In this document: in pieces, positions 1 to 9,532 of the stretch
Layout of the letters: each line of letters begins with the position of its first letter
Position numbering within the stretch: the stretch's first letter is position 1
IMG/VR virus record: IMGVR_UViG_3300009126_000404
Coordinates: 119,843 to 183,842 of that record
Reading direction: 5' to 3' (one strand)
DNA: 64,000 nt
From: a virus
Program-made: the position numbers and the translations under genes
The notes under the pieces: generated by a model
What the model saw: only the letters and a program-made list of their open reading frames with translations
Told to the model about the DNA's origin: nothing
The model's database searches: none

Positions 1-1
1 T

Positions 2-748
2 CTCATTTTTAAGTTTAGAAGTCATATCTTCAGGCCTATGTTTAAATAATATTTCTACATACTCGTCAATTGTGTTTAAGTATCCTTCCATGTTACCCTT
101 TGGTCCTTCTGTTACTTTTTCTCTAATGCCTCCAGTACCTATTTCATCTCTACAATCAGAACAAAGAAAATTATAAGGTTCTTCTGAGGCATGATCTGTT
201 GAAGCTGGAATATCTTTACCACATTCTAAACATTTTACAACTTTTTCTTCTTTTACTTTTTCTGCACTTTCAGTACGATGTCGCCCAATTACAAGTTTGT
301 CAAAAGCACTTTCCATATTGTCAACCATCGTCTCATAGCCACCAAGCATATTTCTAATGTCATTAACCATATCGGAACTGTTATCTTTGCCTTCAATGTC
401 TTGTAAGTTAAGAAGTATTTTTCTTACTCGCTTTAATTCTTTTCTTAAATTATGGATTTGAATACCTTTATAATCATTATAATCTTTACCTGATTTAACA
501 TTGTCATGATAAAGATCACTTGCTTCGTCCTCTTTAACACTTTCAAGCATTTTCCAGTATTTGTTTACAATACCTCTACGTGCTTCAATTTCGTCTGGAA
601 GAATATGCCCACGAGCATAATGATCTCCTTGAATTTGTAACATTAATTTTAGTTCTTCTTCTGTACCAAAGGCTCTGGCCATTTCCACACCATTTTCTGT
701 GTGATAATTTTTATCTTCGTTATCTAAAAACTGAGCCTTTGTAAACAT
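2..748 (-). CDS. Hypothetical protein, partial (runs off window start); contains CxxC...CxxC
   Basis: Not in ORF track. ATG at 748 overlaps the upstream stop (TAATG); hand translation MFTKAQFLDNEDKNYHTENG...KCLECG...LCSDC... stays open to the window edge. Confidence 0.75.
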   Translation of the reverse strand, partial: MFTKAQFLDNEDKNYHTENGVEMARAFGTEEELKLMLQIQGDHYARGHILPDEIEARRGIVNKYWKMLESVKEDEASDLYHDNVKSGKDYNDYKGIQIHNLRKELKRVRKILLNLQDIEGKDNSSDMVNDIRNMLGGYETMVDNMESAFDKLVIGRHRTESAEKVKEEKVVKCLECGKDIPASTDHASEEPYNFLCSDCRDEIGTGGIREKVTEGPKGNMEGYLNTIDEYVEILFKHRPEDMTSKLKNE

Positions 749-1761
749 TATGCTTTCGCCTCTTCTGGAATACCCATTTTAGCAGCGTCACCATATTTCT
801 TCATAGTCTTTCTTACAATCTTTCCCATTTCCTTACCCACCACTGTTCTATTTGGATGTACACCTTTTGGTTTCTTTGGCTTTTTGGGCTTTTTTGCAGG
901 TGTAGGAACAGGCTCAACATCTTTAGTTGGAATAAATGTTGTTGTTTGATCTTTGTGTGGATTACCACTAGTCGGTATAGCACCTGATATAGTAACACCT
1001 TCTGCTACTTTTGACTCTTTATGCTTTTTCTTAGCGTTTGCTAACGCATGTTTAAACATATCTTTTGCTATTACTTGTAGACTATCATCACGTTTATCAT
1101 CAAAATCCATACCTTCTGCTACTTCTTCTTTAGGTGTATCTGTTTTTAATTCTTTAACTGACTTACTGGAACCAGTATCGCCAGTCTCTTGTAAGTCCAA
1201 GTCTTCAGTTTCCTCGGGATGTGAATGTGTGTTTAGTTCCATTCCTTCAGGCTCAATTTGTGCTTTCATGGCATTATATTCAGTGTAACGACGTACTGCA
1301 TCCATGTCTTTGCTAGATTGAGCAATTTTACTTTGAACCCAAGGTTCTAAATCATCTTGGTCTTGAATAACACTATGCAATTTAATTGCATCACGTGCCA
1401 TAAAGTAAAGTTGACTACGAGCCATAAAGCCGTCTTCATCATCACTATCTAATACACCTTCTTTAATTGTTTTTTTATTCTCTTGAACTGATTCTTGATG
1501 AGCTGGGTGAACGTCATCTTTAGCACCTCGATCATCTACTACGTGACCTATTGTACCAAAGTGTGCGTCTTCTAAAGCATCATAAAGACCTGCTAATGCT
1601 TCTGCTACATCTTTTAAATAAGATGGGTCTCCATCTATTTCCATTACAGCCATCTCTAGTTGGCCGCCTTGTTTAAAAACTTTTTCAAATTTGTCTATTT
1701 CATTCATAATACGATTAAACGTATTATCAATTTTATTATATGTTGGGTGGTTTGTATCCAT
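748..1761 (-). CDS. Modular hypothetical protein (acidic/Lys-rich, DDLEPWVQSKI motif)
   Basis: ORF track 748..1785; start moved to ATG 1761, which follows a GAGG SD. Confidence 0.8.
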   Translation of the reverse strand: MDTNHPTYNKIDNTFNRIMNEIDKFEKVFKQGGQLEMAVMEIDGDPSYLKDVAEALAGLYDALEDAHFGTIGHVVDDRGAKDDVHPAHQESVQENKKTIKEGVLDSDDEDGFMARSQLYFMARDAIKLHSVIQDQDDLEPWVQSKIAQSSKDMDAVRRYTEYNAMKAQIEPEGMELNTHSHPEETEDLDLQETGDTGSSKSVKELKTDTPKEEVAEGMDFDDKRDDSLQVIAKDMFKHALANAKKKHKESKVAEGVTISGAIPTSGNPHKDQTTTFIPTKDVEPVPTPAKKPKKPKKPKGVHPNRTVVGKEMGKIVRKTMKKYGDAAKMGIPEEAKA

Positions 1762-1765
1762 GTCG

Positions 1766-2596
1766 TTACCTCTGTTTAATGCCACGACTGTTCATACCGC
1801 CGCGTCTTCTAATTTCTTCTAATTCGTTGTACGTATCTGTTATTGCTTTTATGAATGCTTGTATTACACCAGTTTTATTAAGTTGATAATCTATATTATC
1901 CCAATCTTTTTTCGTTGCCATATCTTTAAGTGCATTAAATTTACGAACAAGATCATCTTCTATTTGATTAAGCATAAGTCTTCCATATCCTTGGATTAAT
2001 ACTTCTGGATTCATTGGGTCTTCTTTATTTTTTGCCCAAATGCTTTCGTTTTGTTCTTCTTTATATTGGCCGAAATCAACTGAGCCTTTAAAATCTTTAT
2101 CTTTAGCCATCTTTTTACGGAAGTCTGTTACAAAATTATTAATAGTATCAGCATCTAAATAACGAACTAAATCTTGAAATATAGGATTTTGTGCTAATTT
2201 AATTTCACCTGCACCTAATGAACCAACTAAATCATAAATTGGCTTGGCTTCACCATGTGTTGCTTCTTTAACCCAATTATCACCACTTGCATCATGTGAA
2301 TCATATTTACAATCACAACCTGTATCTGGATTATCAATTTGACAACCACAATATTTACATTTACCTACTGCTTCAATGAAATATGGAACCATGTCTTTTG
2401 CTTCAGCATTCATAGTTCTTCTAAAACTTTTTTCATTATCCGTAAAACGTTTTCCTGATTCTGGAGTTCTACGATGCTCATCTTCACAATCTGCTTTCCA
2501 TTTTGAATATTTTGCATATTCGTCCGCAGTCATATGACTAATATCATCTTTTGTTGCTACGTCACATGGACCTTCGTTTAATTGTGATAATCTCAT
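1766..2596 (-). CDS. Hypothetical protein with N-terminal tag MRLSQLNE and a Cys cluster (CKYCGC...CDC)
   Basis: ORF track; coupled to upstream gene (ATGA overlap). Confidence 0.8.
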   Translation of the reverse strand: MRLSQLNEGPCDVATKDDISHMTADEYAKYSKWKADCEDEHRRTPESGKRFTDNEKSFRRTMNAEAKDMVPYFIEAVGKCKYCGCQIDNPDTGCDCKYDSHDASGDNWVKEATHGEAKPIYDLVGSLGAGEIKLAQNPIFQDLVRYLDADTINNFVTDFRKKMAKDKDFKGSVDFGQYKEEQNESIWAKNKEDPMNPEVLIQGYGRLMLNQIEDDLVRKFNALKDMATKKDWDNIDYQLNKTGVIQAFIKAITDTYNELEEIRRRGGMNSRGIKQR

Positions 2597-2787
2597 TTTA
2601 ATTTCACCTCTTCAGTATAACCTACACTAGATTTTTTACGTTTGCCGCTAGTTAAATACCCTTTAGGGTCTACTGCTCTACGTATCATCTTCTTTTTACC
2701 AAATAAAGGAAAAGTTACACTAGCAATATTACCTGCCGCTGTAGTTCCTGCATCTGCATTTTCAGTTATAATGTCTGTAATCTTCAT
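2593..2787 (-). CDS. Small hypothetical protein with N-terminal tag MKITDIITE
   Basis: ORF track 2593..2808; ATG 2787 lies 5 nt downstream of GATAAATA. Confidence 0.75.
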   Translation of the reverse strand: MKITDIITENADAGTTAAGNIASVTFPLFGKKKMIRRAVDPKGYLTSGKRKKSSVGYTEEVKLK

Positions 2788-2792
2788 ACAAG

Positions 2793-2800
2793 TATTTATC
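2793..2800 (-). promoter_or_regulatory. T4 late-like promoter GATAAATA (representative; about 20 ATAAATA/CTAAATA/GTAAATA copies in the window)
   Basis: The motif recurs in gene-upstream positions, e.g. 7102, 12058, 17515, 18834, 19002, 20299, 20756, 23098, 26645, 28910, 35342, 35803, 40958, 49079, 50763, 56344, 63473; plus strand at 36410 and 39195. Some positions approximate. Confidence 0.75.
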
Positions 2801-2818
2801 AAATTCAAGAATTATTGG

Positions 2819-3580
2819 CTAGTAATTAAGGGTGACACTTAATAACTTCATAACATTTTCCCATGTTTTGGGTATATTCATAACTAAATGCATACTATCA
2901 TTCTTCCAACTATGGGTTCTATGCGTCTTACGAGTATCTATATAGTATACTCCACCTGCTTTAACAGGCCAAGTATGTCCGTCTGACACCCATTCATATG
3001 CATCATGCCCAACATTTTTCGATACAAATGCACATACTCTAAACGTATCTCTTGTTAATATTGGTTGATCTTTATGTGGTGGGAACCATCCGCCAGCACC
3101 ACTATTAACAATCATTGTACGTCCTAGTGGTTTCCAATAGTCTAACAAAGGATGTAAACTTTTACAATCTTTATATAATTGTGTAGGTTCATTAAAATCA
3201 CATTCACTAAGTTGACGTCCTGTACGTCTCATTGCTTCTGGCATACTTAAACTGTCCCAAGGTTCATCACCTGGTAGTCCTACTAAACATAGTCCAGTTC
3301 TATTGTTTACTACACCTTCTCTACGTAAATATGGGACCCACTTATCGTCATATGCTTTAATTTCTTTGTTAAACCACCCTAAATCAATTTCCCATTTTAA
3401 TGGTTCTACTGTACTCATTGCAGATAATTGTAATTCACATTTAATATCTTCTGCAGTTGGTTCATAAAATTCTGGATGATCTACCCACCATTCATAATGT
3501 CCTGCTTGTACTTTTTGATTTGCAGGAGGTGAAATTGATTCTAATTTTTTGCCATCTTTATCTACTTTTGAAAAATCCAT
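2819..3580 (-). CDS. 2OG-Fe(II) oxygenase, aspartyl/asparaginyl beta-hydroxylase-like
   Basis: GGWFPPHKD (HxD) and distal KTHRTHS motifs in beta-rich C-terminal half. Confidence 0.7.
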   Translation of the reverse strand: MDFSKVDKDGKKLESISPPANQKVQAGHYEWWVDHPEFYEPTAEDIKCELQLSAMSTVEPLKWEIDLGWFNKEIKAYDDKWVPYLRREGVVNNRTGLCLVGLPGDEPWDSLSMPEAMRRTGRQLSECDFNEPTQLYKDCKSLHPLLDYWKPLGRTMIVNSGAGGWFPPHKDQPILTRDTFRVCAFVSKNVGHDAYEWVSDGHTWPVKAGGVYYIDTRKTHRTHSWKNDSMHLVMNIPKTWENVMKLLSVTLNY

Positions 3581-3583
3581 ATT

Positions 3584-3976
3584 CTATTCCTTATCTGAGC
3601 TAATAAAACTTACTCTTAAATTTGCATTATTAGCTACTTTTAAACTTGCATTATTAGCAGGATTAATAACACACCAAAGTTGTTTATCTGCAAGTTCTTC
3701 CTTACATAATAACACTGCTTGTGTTGCTATTCCTAGATTTCTATACTTTTCATTTACAAAGTATGCTGTTTCGAAATCTTCTTTTACTTCAACAGCACCT
3801 ACAAGAATTCCGTTATTAATCCATATACCCCATGTATTATAATTGGAAATGAAAGATTCTGCAACCTTTTTTGTGAATGGCCACTCTAAATAACTTAATA
3901 ATGCGGTTTCTTTTGTTAGTATACTTCTTAACTGAAAAATATGTTTTAGCTCGAGTCGCCTCAACTCTATCTTCAT
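3584..3976 (-). CDS. GNAT acetyltransferase (RimJ/RimL-like)
   Basis: YFVNEKYRNLGIAT acetyl-CoA motif A; NPANNASLKV motif B. Confidence 0.8.
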   Translation of the reverse strand: MKIELRRLELKHIFQLRSILTKETALLSYLEWPFTKKVAESFISNYNTWGIWINNGILVGAVEVKEDFETAYFVNEKYRNLGIATQAVLLCKEELADKQLWCVINPANNASLKVANNANLRVSFISSDKE

Positions 3977-3977
3977 T

Positions 3978-4169
3978 TTACTTATCCATCAATTTAACTA
4001 TTCGAGGTTTGAATAGTTTTTGAGGCCCTTTAGTAGTTTTTAATACTGGTTGGTTATGATCATCAATAGTAAATCCTGTTACTACTGCTTTACGATTTTT
4101 AAATCTACCTACTAAAACTTCATCGCCGATTTGGATGTTAGGTAGCTGTAATATGTCTTTTATTTTCAT
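3978..4169 (-). CDS. Small KOW/SH3-like protein with tag MKIKDIL
   Basis: ORF track; IQIGDEVLVGRFK pattern. Confidence 0.65.
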   Translation of the reverse strand: MKIKDILQLPNIQIGDEVLVGRFKNRKAVVTGFTIDDHNQPVLKTTKGPQKLFKPRIVKLMDK

Positions 4170-4176
4170 TGGAAAT

Positions 4177-4320
4177 TTATTTATTTTCGTTAGTTACTTT
4201 AGCTAGTAATTTTTTTAATTCAAGTAATTCTTTTCGTAACTCTTTTATTTCTGCTTGAGCTTTTTTTAATTCTTCTAAGCCTCGATACCCATACTCTGTA
4301 TATTCTGCTCGATCATTCAT
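4177..4320 (-). CDS. 47-aa coiled-coil protein
   Basis: Hand translation MNDRAEYTEYGYRGLEELKKAQAEIKELRKELLELKKLLAKVTNENK; TAATG overlap with upstream gene. Confidence 0.6.
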   Translation of the reverse strand: MNDRAEYTEYGYRGLEELKKAQAEIKELRKELLELKKLLAKVTNENK

Positions 4321-4622
4321 TACAAGCCTTTCACAGCACTTTTAATATTAATAATTTGAAAATCAGGGGATAGTTCTCCTGACTTGTTACCTTCATTTAT
4401 TTCATATAATAACTTATCATTATTAATATGATCTAATACAAAATCATGTAAATGGAATTCATATTCTCCATGTCGCCATTTTACTTCTGCGGCGCCGGCC
4501 TCTCGTGCTTTTTTAATATCCGCATAAACTCCAGCCACATATCTGTGTGGATCTAAACATTGAGTTGGTCCTGCGTGATGGGCAGGATCTTTTTTTTCCA
4601 TTTGTACGATATATACTATCAC
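4320..4622 (-). CDS. Hypothetical protein
   Basis: ORF track; overlapping start/stop with neighbours. Confidence 0.7.
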   Translation of the reverse strand: MIVYIVQMEKKDPAHHAGPTQCLDPHRYVAGVYADIKKAREAGAAEVKWRHGEYEFHLHDFVLDHINNDKLLYEINEGNKSGELSPDFQIINIKSAVKGL

Positions 4623-6640
4623 CTAAATACCCTTATGTAATCTTTTATGATTTGTTCTCTATCTTTAATATTTTCAGTAAGTTTATTCTTTTTAATAACA
4701 TTTATTAATCTTTTCTCAATTGCATCAAGATTTTTTTCATGTACCTTATCTTGTTCGTCTCTTTTCTTATCACCTGCATATTGCTGATTTAAAGTCTTCT
4801 CTGTTTGTGCCATTAATGCCGACATTAAATTATCTGCATGTGGATACTTTGCTTGAAGAGCCTTTAATTGATATTGAGTTCTTGCATCAAATCCTTTTAA
4901 ATCTTCTTTGCCATCTCCATCTACATCTGCTTCCATGATTTCTGGGTTAGTATCAAACCCTTTATGTGTAAAACCAGTATAATTAGAAAGAAAATTACTT
5001 ATAAATTCTTCTGTGTCTTCATATGAACCTAAATGCTTACCTGGTACATTAACTATAACAGATTTAGGTAAGTCAAGTCCTTCAGGACCTTCACCTGTTG
5101 CAGAGTCTGTATCCCATTTAATATTTCTAACCTTAAATACCTTATCTTCGGATAATAAAGTATATAATAAATGTGGTTTTGATTCTTTAACAATTTTATA
5201 ATGTCTGTCAATGAAATGTGATACTCTAGATGGATGTACTTTTACAATTTTCCCATCCTTCTGAAGTGTAACAAAATCTTCCTTAGATTCTTTATAATTA
5301 GCCATGCCATATGTTGTATTAGTAGTAGCATTTCCTTGATCATCAAATGATGAAGATGTGTGTTTACTTCCTATCTTACTCAATTTTTTCAAACCTTTCT
5401 TAATTCCTCTGCCCACAGTTCTCTTCAATGATTTATGTTTAACATATGCACTAATAATCTTATCATCCATATCGTGTAACTTCTTCCACCATGGATTATC
5501 AAGATGAGGTATTGCTATAGGATTTCTTTTATCTGCTTCTATATCACCTTCGCCAACAATTGCTCTACCAATAGCCTGCCCAGCTAATCTTCCTTTTTGT
5601 TTATGTTTAATGTATGCATCAATAATTTCATCACCCATAAAATGTAAATCCTTCCACTCTTGAGTGTCAAGATATGGTATAGCATGAGGATTTTTCTTAT
5701 CTTTTTCCATGTTACCTTCTACTAATCCTAAATTAAACAATTTGTGCGGGTTACTATTCTTACGTGCTTTAGGCATTAAGGGTTTTATTTTACCATTGCC
5801 AAACTTAGCCGCTTCTTTTTCTGTTTGTCCTGGCTTAACATCAACTGTAGTATTAACGCCTGGAACTATAACACCATCTTCATTAATACCAACTTTTTTC
5901 AAATCACTTCTAGTAATATTTCCACCATTTTCGTGGTTTATCTTTTGAAGTTTATGAAATTGTTCTCTTGTAGGTTTAATTCCCATTCCTTTTAAATCTG
6001 AAATAGTAAATTCTTTTAAGTTTTCTAAAACTGGATCACCATTAACTTTATTAGTTAAATCTACATTTTCATCAATTCCTGACTTATTAGCAGTAATAAC
6101 CCAATCATCATAATAGCCTTCACCATGTTCATCTACAAATGCTTGTAAGATGTCATCATAAAGGATTAGGTCAATACTTGCAAAATCTAATGCTACTCTA
6201 GTGTCTGCTTGAGATATATCATAATTCATATCATCTTCTTTAACTTCTTGTACTTTTAATGCTTTGTTTATATGGTCATGAATAATGTCTTGAACTTGAA
6301 ATTCAGTTTGATTATCTGTATCCATATCATTAGGAATAAGTCCTTGAGCCACCATTTCATCAACACAACGAATAGCAATATCACGTGTGTCATCGTTTGT
6401 GATTTTACCTTCGCCTAATTCTTTTTTAAATGCGTCTAAGGCTTTTTTCTTTTTATTTTTGTTCTTTGCTATATGATGAGCGGCTTGATTTGCTAACCCA
6501 TCACCTGGTATTAAGTCAGGTGAAACAGTTTTAACTTCTGGCTTAGAAGTTATTTTAGTAGTTGCTTTTGGTTTCTTTTGAAACCAAGTAAGTGGGTTAT
6601 ACCACTCTTCATCAATTTTTGATATGTCGTCTATTCTCAT
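4619..6640 (-). CDS. Large modular protein with tag MRIDDISKIDEE and an internal ~35-aa duplication
   Basis: ORF track 4619..6691; start moved to 6640, just after the upstream stop at 6642. Confidence 0.8.
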   Translation of the reverse strand: MRIDDISKIDEEWYNPLTWFQKKPKATTKITSKPEVKTVSPDLIPGDGLANQAAHHIAKNKNKKKKALDAFKKELGEGKITNDDTRDIAIRCVDEMVAQGLIPNDMDTDNQTEFQVQDIIHDHINKALKVQEVKEDDMNYDISQADTRVALDFASIDLILYDDILQAFVDEHGEGYYDDWVITANKSGIDENVDLTNKVNGDPVLENLKEFTISDLKGMGIKPTREQFHKLQKINHENGGNITRSDLKKVGINEDGVIVPGVNTTVDVKPGQTEKEAAKFGNGKIKPLMPKARKNSNPHKLFNLGLVEGNMEKDKKNPHAIPYLDTQEWKDLHFMGDEIIDAYIKHKQKGRLAGQAIGRAIVGEGDIEADKRNPIAIPHLDNPWWKKLHDMDDKIISAYVKHKSLKRTVGRGIKKGLKKLSKIGSKHTSSSFDDQGNATTNTTYGMANYKESKEDFVTLQKDGKIVKVHPSRVSHFIDRHYKIVKESKPHLLYTLLSEDKVFKVRNIKWDTDSATGEGPEGLDLPKSVIVNVPGKHLGSYEDTEEFISNFLSNYTGFTHKGFDTNPEIMEADVDGDGKEDLKGFDARTQYQLKALQAKYPHADNLMSALMAQTEKTLNQQYAGDKKRDEQDKVHEKNLDAIEKRLINVIKKNKLTENIKDREQIIKDYIRVFR

Positions 6641-6641
6641 A

Positions 6642-7082
6642 TTATAACTCCAATGCCGTTTTAACTGCTGGTGAGGCGATATCCATCGCATATAATCCTG
6701 CTAATGCACCACCAAGTATCGTATCTAGACTTAATCCTGCTATTGCTATTGATGGCAACATAGGAGATATTAGCATTAACAAAACAACCCCCAATCCTAT
6801 CATTCTTGGATGGGCACGAAAGAATCCAAAGAATTTTTTTAATGTTGATTTTTCAACTTTTTCATTGCCGAGCTTCGTTTCTAAGTTTGCCATGTACTCT
6901 TGCATCTCTTTAGTCTTTGCCTTGTCAGGCTCTGGCTGTCCTTTAAACTTATGTACGGCTTTTTGTAAAATTGTTTTACTAAGTGTTTCGGCATCCATAC
7001 TACCATCTTCAAGCAATGGTGCTTGTTTCTTAGCCCATTGTTCTAGTTCTAATAGTGTGTTTGTTACTTCATTAATCTTCAT
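6642..7082 (-). CDS. Membrane protein with tag MKINEV; two C-terminal hydrophobic helices
   Basis: MIGLGVVLLMLISPML and LDTILGGALAGLYAM; AAGGA SD and late promoter upstream. Confidence 0.75.
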   Translation of the reverse strand: MKINEVTNTLLELEQWAKKQAPLLEDGSMDAETLSKTILQKAVHKFKGQPEPDKAKTKEMQEYMANLETKLGNEKVEKSTLKKFFGFFRAHPRMIGLGVVLLMLISPMLPSIAIAGLSLDTILGGALAGLYAMDIASPAVKTALEL

Positions 7083-7096
7083 TACAGTTCCTTGTT

Positions 7097-8329
7097 TTAA
7101 CTATTTATCGATTTATGCAATTCAATGAACGTTTCTTTCCAATTTGTTCCTCTTATTTCATCAAGTTTTTCTAAAAAATCTGTACAATTATAAGAATTAC
7201 CGTCATAATCTATATTATTGTGTAAATAATTTACTAATTGACGTATACAAAGTTTATCTATGTGTATTGAGTTAGTATACATATTTATAATATCTAATTT
7301 AGCTTGTTTAGGAAGGTGTTTTGCATCTAGCATATCAGGGTTTGATAGTATTCTTATATTAACGTGGTAATTATTAAAGTGATCTAATAAGTTTAATATT
7401 GTAAATGCATTAAGCATTTGCCAAGTAATACTTATTTCTATCTCTGTATTTGGTAATAATTTATTAATACGCTCTATATTTTCATTTAACTTATGCCATT
7501 TACTAGGAAAACGTATATAATCATTTTGCTCACCGTAATCATCTATACTACATCTAAGCATTAACTTTTTAAAGTGTTTCCATTGATCAATTGCACGTTG
7601 ATGTACATTTGTAATATTTGTGTCGTACTCTAGCACTACATTGTTACTTACACCACTGTCTATTAGATTTTGCAAAAATTTGTAGTGTGGCTCAACTAAC
7701 ATAGGCTCACCGCCTACTAGATATACATGTTCTAATTGATCTTTATGTTTATCTAACTGTTCCCAAAAGTGTTCACTTTCCCACCAATCATAATCCGATG
7801 CACGGTCTTTCTTTTGTTGTTTGTTTCCGTCCGAGATGTTTATTTTGGTACCGCTGTCGTAAAAATGATCAGTGGAGTGAACTTTTGCCCAGTCTTTATA
7901 CCACATACTACTACTTTGAGGTCCGCACATTACACATTTTAAATTGCATAAATTACCAAACCTTAAATCCCAATAGATAGGCATTTGTGTTGTGCTACCA
8001 TTAAGTGCTGTTACTTTTACTGCTTTATCGTAATCAAATACATCTTTGTACATTTCGTTTGTAAATGTACGTCTGCTTTTACCACCGTTATCTTCTTTAA
8101 CCCAACATGTATTACATTCTACAGGTTTTTCTCCTGCTAAGAATTGCTTACGAATCTTGCGAGTAAATTCGCTATTATGTATTTCTTCTATTGTATGATC
8201 TTTAAAGTTATGTCCAGTGAGTCCACCATTTACGTGGTTGCTCATTAAGCAACATACTCTACTAGTTCCGTTTGTTTTAGTAGCGGCATGTATCCAAGGA
8301 ATTGAACAAAAATTATTCTTCTGCATCAT
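7097..8329 (-). CDS. Radical SAM enzyme with N-terminal SPASM/twitch-like Cys cluster
   Basis: CNLKCVMC, GGEP; N-terminal FCSIPW...RVCC...CNTC. Confidence 0.9.
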   Translation of the reverse strand: MMQKNNFCSIPWIHAATKTNGTSRVCCLMSNHVNGGLTGHNFKDHTIEEIHNSEFTRKIRKQFLAGEKPVECNTCWVKEDNGGKSRRTFTNEMYKDVFDYDKAVKVTALNGSTTQMPIYWDLRFGNLCNLKCVMCGPQSSSMWYKDWAKVHSTDHFYDSGTKINISDGNKQQKKDRASDYDWWESEHFWEQLDKHKDQLEHVYLVGGEPMLVEPHYKFLQNLIDSGVSNNVVLEYDTNITNVHQRAIDQWKHFKKLMLRCSIDDYGEQNDYIRFPSKWHKLNENIERINKLLPNTEIEISITWQMLNAFTILNLLDHFNNYHVNIRILSNPDMLDAKHLPKQAKLDIINMYTNSIHIDKLCIRQLVNYLHNNIDYDGNSYNCTDFLEKLDEIRGTNWKETFIELHKSINS

Positions 8330-9491
8330 TATTAATCCATTCTGATAGTTCTAAATCAAAACTTTCTAATGTAAGTGCACCATGTGTATCATAGTAATCT
8401 ACAAAATGCCTTACTGTTTCTTTACGTTTTGTAGTATTGTTAAATGGCTTACGCATCTCATTTATAACATGATCAACACCTTCTAGTCTACTTTTATGCT
8501 TTTCAAAAAATGCTAAACTTTCTTTTTTAAATCTATCAGGAATGTTTTCCATTAGTACTTCTGTCTTATTAACAACAGGTCGTATTTGTACTTTTGCATC
8601 TGGATAGTTATTCCATAAATATGTAATAAGTTTAGGTATGTGTCTTACACTTAAACTATTTGCTGTTATATCCCATACCGCCAATCTAAAGTTTTTGTAA
8701 TACTGATCCATTACTTGTAATTTTTCTTCCCATACTGTATCTTGCCTAGTCCACTCATCAGCTGCACCCCAACCATCTACACTAAATCTTATGAATACAT
8801 TTTCAACAGTTTTAAATTGCTTTAAATCTTTTTCTCTTAATAACCTTGTACCATTTGTATTAATTACAAAATTTGCTCTTGGAGCAAGTTTACCTAGTCT
8901 TTCTACAGTAGTAGGAAAGTTTTTAAGATAAAAAGGCTCACCGCCTGCTAAGTATACGTGCTTTAAATTTTTATCAACGCTTGAAATGATATTCTCCCAC
9001 GCTTGTGGATCATCACTCCAATCATAATTGCTTCTATGATATTTTTTTGCTTCTTTTTCTAAACGGCCTTCTTTCCAATTAAAATGCTTTGCCATTGATT
9101 TATGATTATGTAATATTTTATTACTGTTACCTGCGAAACACATAACACATGCTAAGTTACATACGTTACCTAATCTTAAATCTAATGCATGTATTTTATT
9201 ATCTTTAAATGGAACACCTTGGTTAATCATGCCCAACGCTTTTTGCCTAAAACTACGCACACCTTCGCGTTCTGGATCATAACATTTAAAACAACCCGCA
9301 GGTTCGCCACCGTTAGCAATTTCTGTTCTAACCTCATGCATTTCTGGGCTATTCCAAATATCACTTAATTTATAATCTTTAATATGATATTGTGAAAGTT
9401 TATTCTTTAGGTTTTTACAGCACAATGCTACATATCCATCATTATCGATGAATGTAAAATTGTTCGTATATATACAATATTTTTCTGTCAT
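8313..9491 (-). CDS. Radical SAM enzyme with N-terminal SPASM/twitch-like Cys cluster (paralog of adjacent gene)
   Basis: CNLACVMC, GGEPF; N-terminal YC...LCC...CFKC. Confidence 0.9.
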   Translation of the reverse strand: MTEKYCIYTNNFTFIDNDGYVALCCKNLKNKLSQYHIKDYKLSDIWNSPEMHEVRTEIANGGEPAGCFKCYDPEREGVRSFRQKALGMINQGVPFKDNKIHALDLRLGNVCNLACVMCFAGNSNKILHNHKSMAKHFNWKEGRLEKEAKKYHRSNYDWSDDPQAWENIISSVDKNLKHVYLAGGEPFYLKNFPTTVERLGKLAPRANFVINTNGTRLLREKDLKQFKTVENVFIRFSVDGWGAADEWTRQDTVWEEKLQVMDQYYKNFRLAVWDITANSLSVRHIPKLITYLWNNYPDAKVQIRPVVNKTEVLMENIPDRFKKESLAFFEKHKSRLEGVDHVINEMRKPFNNTTKRKETVRHFVDYYDTHGALTLESFDLELSEWINNDAEE

Positions 9492-9532
9492 AGGTTGGAG
9501 TTATTTTGTCGTACATCCAAGTTTGTGGACTT

